Positions 18,111 to 24,106 of a DNA stretch of 64,000 nucleotides are shown here, in pieces. The notes beneath the pieces are model-generated. The model searched no databases. It was not told where the DNA came from and was given only the letters and a program-made list of their open reading frames with translations. Each line of letters opens with the position of its first letter. The stretch's first letter is position 1. Source of the DNA: a virus (lineage: Duplodnaviria > Heunggongvirae > Uroviricota > Caudoviricetes); IMG/VR virus record IMGVR_UViG_3300020048_000021, positions 105,848 through 169,847 of that record. One strand, written 5' to 3'. The translations under genes were made by a program, and so were the position numbers.

Positions 18111-18184
18111 TGTTAATCACAATAGTAGTACGTTGACTCTATGATACTGGGAAGTATCGACCTGCTGGGAAGCACTTCTGAGAG

Positions 18185-18268
18185 TCATCATTATGAAGTA
18201 CATTTGCACTCCTTTTCTCAAAGATCCGATTGGCGCATAATCAGAGCGAGTGTACTTCATTATGATGA
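18185..18268 (+). repeat. inverted-repeat hairpin element (arms TCATCATTATGAAGTACAT / GTGTACTTCATTATGATGA) enclosing about 47 nt
   Basis: 19-nt arms with one mismatch and one G-U pair. Confidence 0.6.
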
Positions 18269-18281
18269 TTAATAGTACAAT

Positions 18282-18356
18282 ACAGCTATCGTCTATCGGT
18301 TAGGACGCTAGGTTTTCATCCTAGTAAGCGGGGTTCGATTCCCCGTAGCTGTACCA
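18282..18356 (+). tRNA. tRNA-Glu (UUC)
   Basis: acceptor ACAGCTA/TAGCTGT, D GTCT/GGAC, anticodon stem CTAGG/CCTAG loop TTTTCAT, T-arm CGGGG-TTCGATT-CCCCG, CCA. Confidence 0.8.
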
Positions 18357-18451
18357 ATAATAGTACATTTTAGGCTGATGACGGCAATCGTCAGAAGGTC
18401 TGTATTTTACCATCATGATTCGAGTATCTTGCCGGAGAAACAAATTGTGAT

Positions 18452-18522
18452 GAAGCATTCGTATAGCCGGAAGTACGCCGTCAATTGAGACGGAAACGTG
18501 GGTTCGACTCCTACATGCTTGT
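18452..18522 (+). pseudogene. aberrant tRNA-like element (6-nt or 8-nt anticodon loop, 1-72 G-G mismatch, no CCA)
   Basis: acceptor GAAGCAT/ATGCTTG, D GTAT/GTAC with AGCCGGAA loop, T-arm GTGGG-TTCGACT-CCTAC; anticodon region CCGTC-AATTGA-GACGG; flanked by long-range pairing AGGCTGATGACG (18375) with CGTCAGCCT (18528). Confidence 0.45.
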
Positions 18523-18554
18523 TACGTAAACGTCAGCCTAAAGTGTATTATAAT

Positions 18555-18629
18555 GCTGCATTCGACTTCTGGTGAGGTCATCACCCTTTCAAGGTGACCA
18601 GACGGGATCGTAACCCGTATGCAGTACCA
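18555..18629 (+). tRNA. tRNA-Glu (UUC), second copy with non-canonical T-loop ATCGTAA
   Basis: acceptor GCTGCAT/ATGCAGT, D GACT/GGTC loop TCTGGTGA, anticodon stem TCACC/GGTGA loop CTTTCAA, T-arm ACGGG-ATCGTAA-CCCGT, CCA. Confidence 0.65.
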
Positions 18630-18638
18630 AGTTTCAAT

Positions 18639-18715
18639 GGTGTAGATAGCTTAATTGGTAAAGCCCCGGATTGTGAAGCCGGCGGATGCGGATTCAAATT
18701 CCGTTCTACACCCCA
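18639..18715 (+). tRNA. tRNA-His (GUG) with encoded G-1
   Basis: extra 5' G pairing with discriminator C73, acceptor GTGTAGA/TCTACAC, anticodon loop TTGTGAA, T-arm GCGGA-TTCAAAT-TCCGT, CCA. Confidence 0.75.
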
Positions 18716-18900
18716 AAGTACATAAGATAGCGACCAGTAAGGCACGTGACTGAAAAATCGCCGTAAAGTCGAGGTGGGGCCGGTAGATAACCTCGTGAAA
18801 CACCGGCCAGAAATTTAGTAACCATAGTCGGCATGTGTTCCCACCGTGCATCAACCGACTTAAAATAAAGCTAGGACGCATGCTGTCGTTAACGGTGGGG
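18716..18900 (+). ncRNA. structured non-coding region with nested and interleaved helices (candidate ncRNA)
   Basis: GAGGT(18764)/ACCTC(18790) interleaved with GGCCGGT(18772)/ACCGGCC(18810), giving pseudoknot topology; long-range CCCACCGT(18851)/ACGGTGGG(18888); no ORF. Confidence 0.35.
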
Positions 18901-18998
18901 CCATATTGAAGTACATTACATACACAATCGGGTAGACATGACAGTATTGCTTGAGATACAGCAGTGTAACATCATGGTAGTGTATTTCAATATGGTAA
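18901..18998 (+). repeat. inverted-repeat hairpin element (CCATATTGAAGTACA / TGTATTTCAATATGG) enclosing about 62 nt
   Basis: 15-bp stem with one G-U wobble. Confidence 0.6.
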
Positions 18999-19166
18999 TC
19001 ACATAATGGTGAGACAGGAGACAAGGTGAGATTAACTTCTCAGTGAGCGTATCTCTCTATCCAACGCAGATAGGTCGGTTGAGTTCGATTCTCAGCAGTG
19101 ATTACTATATTGAAACACATTTGCGGGTATTCTGAAAGGACTAGTCCCTAACAATGTGACGACCAA

Positions 19167-19346
19167 GTGTATTTCAATATGGTATCGCTACTTAGTTGCA
19201 ATGGTCACACGCCCTTGACTGAGTAGAATGTTACCATATTGAAGTACATTGATGCCTGACTGAAACGGGCATATAGAGTAACTGGCACTAAGAGAGGTTC
19301 GATTCCTCTGACTCTTATTTCAGATCAGTGTATTTCAATATGGTAA
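19167..19346 (+). repeat. three alternating copies of the 19-nt repeat (R 19167-19184, R' 19231-19249, R 19327-19346) enclosing a T-arm-like hairpin AGAGG-TTCGATT-CCTCT
   Basis: sequence read; the central R' can pair with either flanking R. Confidence 0.6.
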
Positions 19347-19391
19347 TTGACTAATTTATGAATAACTACATATATACAATGTGAAATTTAT

Positions 19392-19399
19392 TATAAATA
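19392..19399 (+). promoter_or_regulatory. T4-type late promoter-like box TATAAATA upstream of lipoprotein gene
   Basis: exact TATAAATA about 31 nt upstream of ATG 19431. Confidence 0.35.
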
Positions 19400-19430
19400 C
19401 ATGGCAGGTCTTTCATAAAGGAAAATAATC

Positions 19431-19544
19431 ATGAAGAAAATAGCAGCAGTTTTAGCAATCGTATTGTTGAGCGCATTGGGTTTATCAGCTTGTGACAACA
19501 AGGGAATAACAGCACCAACGTACAACAGCAACACAGCTAACTAA
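19431..19544 (+). CDS. small lipoprotein (37 aa)
   Basis: MKKIAAVLAIVLLSALGLSACDNKG..., lipobox LSAC, RBS AAGGAAAATAATCATG; below ORF-track length cutoff. Confidence 0.55.
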   Translation: MKKIAAVLAIVLLSALGLSACDNKGITAPTYNSNTAN

Positions 19545-19562
19545 GTTTTTGTTTACATTGTA

Positions 19563-19588
19563 GTATAACTTGAGGGAACATTGTTCCC
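19563..19588 (+). terminator. rho-independent terminator
   Basis: GAGGGAAC-ATT-GTTCCCTC hairpin followed by ATTTTATT. Confidence 0.65.
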
Positions 19589-19641
19589 TCATTTTATTAG
19601 ACACTAGCTTAGTATTTAAAATAATACAAGGAACAAAGTAA

Positions 19642-21033
19642 TTGGCTAATTTAATTTTATGGAACTGTCTCAATGTAGATCATGCATCGATTCGACCTGC
19701 TGGGCCACATCAATTGGCTCATTGGTTACAATTGAACGGTTATACCGTTAAAGTTATAGATTTTTGTCACTCAATGAGTACCGATAATCTGGTCAATATT
19801 ACATTAAAGCATATTGATCTTAATACAATCGGAATAGGAGTTAGTACTACATTTTGGAATAATACCAATAATATTGATCCTAAATCTTTATCAGTAACAA
19901 TGGAACCAGAATGGGTAATAAATGCTAGAGATAGATTAAGTCATTTAAATGTAAAATGGATATTGGGCGGAGCTAATAGTACAAATGTATTCAGTTACGA
20001 TTGGAAAATATTACATGGTCACGCAGAAGATTCATTATTACAATTTATGGATGAACATTCGTCTAAAATTAGCGTAAGACCTCAATTTGATATTAAAAAT
20101 CTAGAAAATTGTTTTTACGATGATTTAGCTATACAAAGTACAGAAGTATTACCAATAGAATTAAGTAGAGGATGTCAGTTCAAATGTAAATTTTGTCGAT
20201 ATCCATTATTGGGAAAGAAAAAGAATACATATATACGAAATTATAAACTTATAGAAACTGAGTTTGTTGAAAATTATGAACGTTATGGAATCACAAAGTA
20301 TTTTTTCTTAGATGATACCGTAAATGAAAGTATTGAAAAGATAGAGGCGTTGGCCGAAATGGCACAACGATTGCCATTCAAACTTAATTGGTTTGGATAT
20401 AATAGATTAGACTTGATAGGCACACGACCATCTACTATTGAGTTATTGAAACATAGTGGATTAAAAAGTGCTTTTTTTGGAATAGAAAGCTTTCATTCTA
20501 AGGCCAGCAAGATTGTGGGCAAAGGATGGAATGGAGTTCATGGTAAAGAATTTTTATTAGAGTTACGTCAGAAATGGGGTAATGACATAAGTTTTCATCT
20601 GGCGTTTATAGCTGGACTTACTGGCGAAACATCTGAAAATTTAGATGATACTCAACGTTGGTGTATAGATAATAATATTGCTAGTTGGAGATTTTCTGGA
20701 TTGCATATTAGCAAAAGTGAAAATCTTGTTTGGAAAAGTGAATTCGATTTAAATCACGGATTATATGGGTATAAATTTCCATACGATGATAAACCAGAAT
20801 TCTGGACTAATAGTTTATGGACTTCTCAGTCTGCGGCTAGTAAAGCAATTCAATTACTAAAAGATTCACAGAAACATATTAAGCCAGCAGTTTGGTTATT
20901 GGGCGAGTTATCGTCATTGGGATATGATTTAGATCATTTAATGAGTAAGTACAAACATGAACTTGACTGGGACGATATTAAAAATCGTAATAAGATATTT
21001 GTTGAAAAATACGTAACAACTCAATTGAAATAA
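19642..21033 (+). CDS. radical SAM enzyme with N-terminal B12-binding-like domain
   Basis: CxxxCxxC motif in GCQFKCKFCRY; N-terminal Rossmann-like segment typical of class B radical SAM; TTG start with RBS AAGGAACAAAGTAATTG. Confidence 0.65.
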   Translation: MANLILWNCLNVDHASIRPAGPHQLAHWLQLNGYTVKVIDFCHSMSTDNLVNITLKHIDLNTIGIGVSTTFWNNTNNIDPKSLSVTMEPEWVINARDRLSHLNVKWILGGANSTNVFSYDWKILHGHAEDSLLQFMDEHSSKISVRPQFDIKNLENCFYDDLAIQSTEVLPIELSRGCQFKCKFCRYPLLGKKKNTYIRNYKLIETEFVENYERYGITKYFFLDDTVNESIEKIEALAEMAQRLPFKLNWFGYNRLDLIGTRPSTIELLKHSGLKSAFFGIESFHSKASKIVGKGWNGVHGKEFLLELRQKWGNDISFHLAFIAGLTGETSENLDDTQRWCIDNNIASWRFSGLHISKSENLVWKSEFDLNHGLYGYKFPYDDKPEFWTNSLWTSQSAASKAIQLLKDSQKHIKPAVWLLGELSSLGYDLDHLMSKYKHELDWDDIKNRNKIFVEKYVTTQLK

Positions 21034-21041
21034 ATATTATT

Positions 21042-21614
21042 ATGAAAAATATACTATGGTGTCCAATAGATTTGCCCAAGTGTCCGGTTATTCCTAAATT
21101 ACAGCCATCTGTAAAGTGGCACTTTTGGGAATTTGCAAAACTTATTGATAGTCATGAAAATCCTTACGCTATTACTGACTTTACTAAAGAAATAAAAACA
21201 GAATATCCTGAATTAGTAGAATGGTTTAAATTATTTCCGTATACTAGTATACGTAATATTAAATTGAATCATCAACTTACAGCAGTTAAAGCTCATATTG
21301 ACTTTACAAAGCCCGATTTAGATCCTAAGTTACATAAAAACAACGTTGAAAATGAACCATGTGGTTACAGAATTCTTCTTAGTGGTTCGAGAAATAACAA
21401 ACTATATGTAGTTCATAACGGAGAAAAGATATACTGTGAAATGCCAGATGATACCGATACGTATGTGTTAGGTCATACTTGTACATTACACGGAGTAGAT
21501 GATGATATTGATCGATGGACTCTATTCACTCATTTTGAAATAGATTCAGAAAACCATAAATCATTGTTAAATACGTCTTTACAAAAATATTCTAATTATG
21601 CTATAATTCGTTAA
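21042..21614 (+). CDS. hypothetical protein, possible cupin/2OG-Fe(II) oxygenase-like partner of the radical SAM gene
   Basis: 190 aa, HxD (AHIDF) and downstream His plus Asp-rich VDDDID segment; 8-nt gap to upstream gene. Confidence 0.35.
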   Translation: MKNILWCPIDLPKCPVIPKLQPSVKWHFWEFAKLIDSHENPYAITDFTKEIKTEYPELVEWFKLFPYTSIRNIKLNHQLTAVKAHIDFTKPDLDPKLHKNNVENEPCGYRILLSGSRNNKLYVVHNGEKIYCEMPDDTDTYVLGHTCTLHGVDDDIDRWTLFTHFEIDSENHKSLLNTSLQKYSNYAIIR

Positions 21615-21642
21615 GTTTTATTGAATTTGGATAACAATGTAG

Positions 21643-21671
21643 TTGACAGTAAATCATAATTCAGTTATAAT
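21643..21671 (+). promoter_or_regulatory. sigma70-type promoter TTGACAGTAAATC-17-TATAAT upstream of tRNA-Asp
   Basis: TTGACA 21643-21648, TATAAT 21666-21671. Confidence 0.65.
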
Positions 21672-21688
21672 AGATTTATAAAGAATTT

Positions 21689-21764
21689 GGATTGGTAGTT
21701 CAATGGTTAGAGCACCGCCCTGTCACGGCGGAAGTTGCGAGTTCGAGTCTCGTCCAGTCCGCCA
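21689..21764 (+). tRNA. tRNA-Asp (GUC)
   Basis: acceptor GGATTGG/CCAGTCC, anticodon stem CCGCC/GGCGG loop CTGTCAC, T-arm GCGAG-TTCGAGT-CTCGT, G73, CCA. Confidence 0.8.
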
Positions 21765-22005
21765 AGTTTTGTTGTAAGTAGATGTTGAGAAAGCAAAGCC
21801 TCGAAAACTTTGTGAAAGGGTTCTCTCCGCGATGAGGCTAAACTAGAAACCCCGTTATCGACTAAATCTATGTACCTCTAACCCAGCCGGCCTAGTATAA
21901 ATGGGTAAAATGGTTCCAAATGAAGGAGGTGGAACGTTACAACAAATTCATTTTATTAAGACACTGTTACAAGACAGTAAATACATATTCATATAAGGAA
22001 TTACA

Positions 22006-22203
22006 ATGTCAGACACTATTAAATTAATCAATGATCAGATCGAAGCATGGCAAACTGAAGATACAAAGTTTATCTCTGGAAATTCGTCTGCTGGTACTCG
22101 CTCACGTAAAGCGTTGGGTGAACTATCTAAATTGATTAAGATTCGTCGTAATGAAATTACTGCAGAAAAAAACGCTCGTAAAGAAGCTAAAGCAGCAAAG
22201 TAA
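22006..22203 (+). CDS. hypothetical small basic protein
   Basis: 65 aa, lysine/arginine-rich C-terminus, RBS AAGGAATTACAATG. Confidence 0.45.
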   Translation: MSDTIKLINDQIEAWQTEDTKFISGNSSAGTRSRKALGELSKLIKIRRNEITAEKNARKEAKAAK

Positions 22204-22209
22204 AGTTTT

Positions 22210-22295
22210 GGAGTAGAAGCATCAATGGTGATGCAGTGGACTGTAAATCCGCCGCCCTTCGGGCACGACTGGTTCGATCCCAGTATACTCCACCA
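22210..22295 (+). tRNA. tRNA-Tyr (GUA), type II
   Basis: acceptor GGAGTAG/ATACTCC (one mismatch), D GCAT/ATGC, anticodon loop CTGTAAA, variable arm GCCC-TTCG-GGGC, T-arm ACTGG-TTCGATC-CCAGT, CCA. Confidence 0.7.
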
Positions 22296-22390
22296 TAATT
22301 CGCCCGTAATGGATTAGCCTAACTCGCCACTTTCTCTCATAGGAAATTGGAAGTGACTCAAGGAGTAAGGCACAGATTAATTTTTAAAAT

Positions 22391-22485
22391 GCTAGATAGC
22401 ACTGGTGTGCGGCTGAATCTTATAAGTTCGGGAGAGTGGTCAGATGGGCTGCAACGGATAGGTTCGAATCCTATATCTAGTACCA
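22391..22485 (+). tRNA. 95-nt tRNA-like gene with Sec-like architecture, anticodon apparently UAU
   Basis: 8-bp acceptor GCTAGATA/TATCTAGT, D-stem GCAC/GTGC with 4-nt loop, GGCTGAA motif, 6-bp anticodon stem CTGAAT/GTTCGG loop CTTATAA, about 26-nt variable region, 4-bp T-stem TAGG/CCTA loop TTCGAAT, CCA. Confidence 0.45.
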
Positions 22486-22491
22486 AACAAC

Positions 22492-22569
22492 GGTGGGATG
22501 GCCGAGTGACCAAAGGCAAGTGACTGCAAATCTCTACAATCGTCGGTTTGAATCCGACTCCCACTTCCA
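22492..22569 (+). tRNA. tRNA-Cys (GCA)
   Basis: acceptor GGTGGGA/TCCCACT, anticodon loop CTGCAAA (stem with one U-U mismatch), T-arm GTCGG-TTTGAAT-CCGAC, CCA. Confidence 0.65.
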
Positions 22570-22578
22570 ATAAATTAC

Positions 22579-22607
22579 TTGACATTAAATCAAGTTTGCG
22601 CTATAAT
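22579..22607 (+). promoter_or_regulatory. sigma70-type promoter TTGACATTAAATC-17-TATAAT
   Basis: TTGACA 22579-22584, TATAAT 22602-22607. Confidence 0.65.
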
Positions 22608-22748
22608 GTTTTATCAATAGGAGAAGTACAATGAAGTCTAAGATGACCGTACCCAAACGTAACCCCTTCGTTTGTTTGGTACTAAAAAAGACAGGGGCAG
22701 GTAGTCATCGTAAGTCTAACAAGGCTACGAGAAAGCAAGACAAGCAAC

Positions 22749-22822
22749 GGGGGTATAGCTCAATGGTAGAGCATCCGGCTTTTAACCGGTCGACCACGGA
22801 TCGTTACCGTGTGCCCCCACCA
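22749..22822 (+). tRNA. tRNA-Lys (UUU)
   Basis: acceptor GGGGGTA/TGCCCCC, D GCTC/GAGC, anticodon loop CTTTTAA, T-arm CACGG-ATCGTTA-CCGTG (non-canonical T-loop), CCA. Confidence 0.75.
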
Positions 22823-22825
22823 ATG

Positions 22826-22939
22826 TTATCATATTGAAATACATTCAAAGGCTATGTACAAGCCCAGTGGTGGATTCATAGCATCGTGCCAACGATGTTC
22901 ACAGGTTCGATTCCTGTAGAGTGTATTTCAATATGATAA
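22826..22939 (+). repeat. inverted-repeat hairpin element (TTATCATATTGAAATACA / TGTATTTCAATATGATAA) enclosing a 77-nt tRNA-like insert
   Basis: 18-bp stem with a U-G wobble; insert has hairpins GCTATG...CATAGC, CATCGT-GCCA-ACGATG and T-arm ACAGG-TTCGATT-CCTGT; sits exactly between tRNA-Lys and the next tRNA. Confidence 0.6.
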
Positions 22940-22940
22940 T

Positions 22941-23017
22941 GGTGATGTAGCTCAGTTGGTTAGAGCAGGTGCTTCATACGCACAAGGTCAGTGGTTCGAA
23001 TCCACTCTTCACTACCA
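22941..23017 (+). tRNA. tRNA with CAU anticodon (Met or Ile2)
   Basis: acceptor GGTGATG/CTTCACT (one mismatch), D GCTC/GAGC, anticodon loop TTCATAC, T-arm AGTGG-TTCGAAT-CCACT, CCA. Confidence 0.7.
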
Positions 23018-23027
23018 GAAGTTCAGT

Positions 23028-23104
23028 TGGGATATCGCCTAGTTGGTCTAAGGCACTGGTCTTTGAAATCAGTATCGTTGGTTCGAATCCAACTATCCCT
23101 GCCA
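23028..23104 (+). tRNA. tRNA-Gln (UUG)
   Basis: acceptor TGGGATA/TATCCCT (1-72 mismatch), D GCCT/AGGC, anticodon stem CTGGT/ATCAG loop CTTTGAA, T-arm GTTGG-TTCGAAT-CCAAC, CCA. Confidence 0.7.
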
Positions 23105-23124
23105 AAATATAAAAGGAAAATAAA

Positions 23125-23673
23125 ATGAATACTTGGATTACATCTGATCTTCATTTTAGTCACGCGAACATTATGAAATTTTGCCCAGAATCACGGGCAC
23201 GATTTGTGTATGACGGCGTAGACTATATGAACGAAACGATGATTAAAGAATGGAATGAACTGATTGACCCAAATGACTTGACGTATATACTGGGCGATTT
23301 TGCGTTTTGTAACGCTCAAAAAGCAACCGAGATTGCTCGTAGACTAAATGGCACTAAGATTTTGGTAGAAGGAAATCATGATCGTAAATCACTAAACGAT
23401 CCTACATTTCGTAAATGTTTTAAAGAAGTTCACAAATATCTAGATATCAATTATAATGGTACTAAGATTGTGATGCTTCATTATCCAATTGCCGAATGGG
23501 ATCAGATGCATCGTGGAAGTGTTCATTTTCACGGTCATCTTCACGGTAACGTTAGCGGAATGGAAAAGTATCGTTGTCGTGATATGGGAATGGATGCAAC
23601 GGGTCGTATTGCCATTAGCATGGAAGAAGCTATTACAGACGCATTGACTGGTGAAATTAAAAGTCATCACTAG
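23125..23673 (+). CDS. calcineurin-like metallophosphoesterase
   Basis: N-terminal DLHFSH, GDFAF, GNHD motifs of the metallophosphatase fold. Confidence 0.65.
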   Translation: MNTWITSDLHFSHANIMKFCPESRARFVYDGVDYMNETMIKEWNELIDPNDLTYILGDFAFCNAQKATEIARRLNGTKILVEGNHDRKSLNDPTFRKCFKEVHKYLDINYNGTKIVMLHYPIAEWDQMHRGSVHFHGHLHGNVSGMEKYRCRDMGMDATGRIAISMEEAITDALTGEIKSHH

Positions 23674-23728
23674 ACATTAATTAATAATTCTGTTATAATT
23701 AACTCTTTTACACATACTGAGAAAAGAA

Positions 23729-24106
23729 ATGGGCTTTGTAATTAAACTTGATAAACTAGAATGGATAGAATCCATTAGAGCGGCTATTCGTGCAGAAGGG
23801 TGGACTGGTACTTCTGGTTGTAAAGAGTGGGCCAAAAAGACCTATGATGCCACTCTGAATTACAATTGCTATGGTAATATGTCTAGCATTAAGTTTAAGA
23901 CAGAAGAGATATGTCAGAAATTTGCTAAAGTATATGAAATTCCATACTTGACCAATGTACAGAAATTACAGGAAGATCACATGTACAAATTGTTGATGAG
24001 TGTGACTGAACTGTTAGAACGACCATCCTCGAATAGTATTGAGATTATTAAATCTGATATACTCAGTGCCATTAACAATATTAAAGCAACCTACGGAGTT
24101 AAATAA
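23729..24106 (+). CDS. hypothetical protein
   Basis: 125 aa ORF. Confidence 0.4.
   Translation: MGFVIKLDKLEWIESIRAAIRAEGWTGTSGCKEWAKKTYDATLNYNCYGNMSSIKFKTEEICQKFAKVYEIPYLTNVQKLQEDHMYKLLMSVTELLERPSSNSIEIIKSDILSAINNIKATYGVK

Noticed and set aside
18357-18640. Group I intron interrupting a tRNA in the 18.3-18.7 kb cluster
   Set aside because: The flanking tRNA-Glu and tRNA-His are complete and uninterrupted. The intervening 280 nt lacks P/Q/R/S-like core elements I could recognise and instead contains its own tRNA-like fold.
18030-19346. Interpretation of the R/R' repeats as terminal inverted repeats of MITE-like DNA transposons
   Set aside because: Arms differ at positions that give G-U wobble pairs in RNA, which is uninformative for DNA TIRs. 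Enclosed sequences are unrelated to each other. No target-site duplications are visible. Spacing is tied to tRNA gene boundaries, so an RNA processing or structural role is favoured.
17946-19430. CRISPR array (because of repeated 19-nt units)
   Set aside because: Repeats alternate in orientation and are irregularly spaced (45-100 nt). There is no unidirectional repeat-spacer periodicity and no cas genes.
22296-22485. tmRNA
   Set aside because: Only about 190 nt are available, and there is no tag-peptide reading frame, no resume codon context and none of the pseudoknot series. The 3' portion is better explained as a long tRNA.
22358-22585. Minus-strand 75-aa ORF over the 22391-22569 tRNAs
   Set aside because: Antisense to tRNA genes, no start context.
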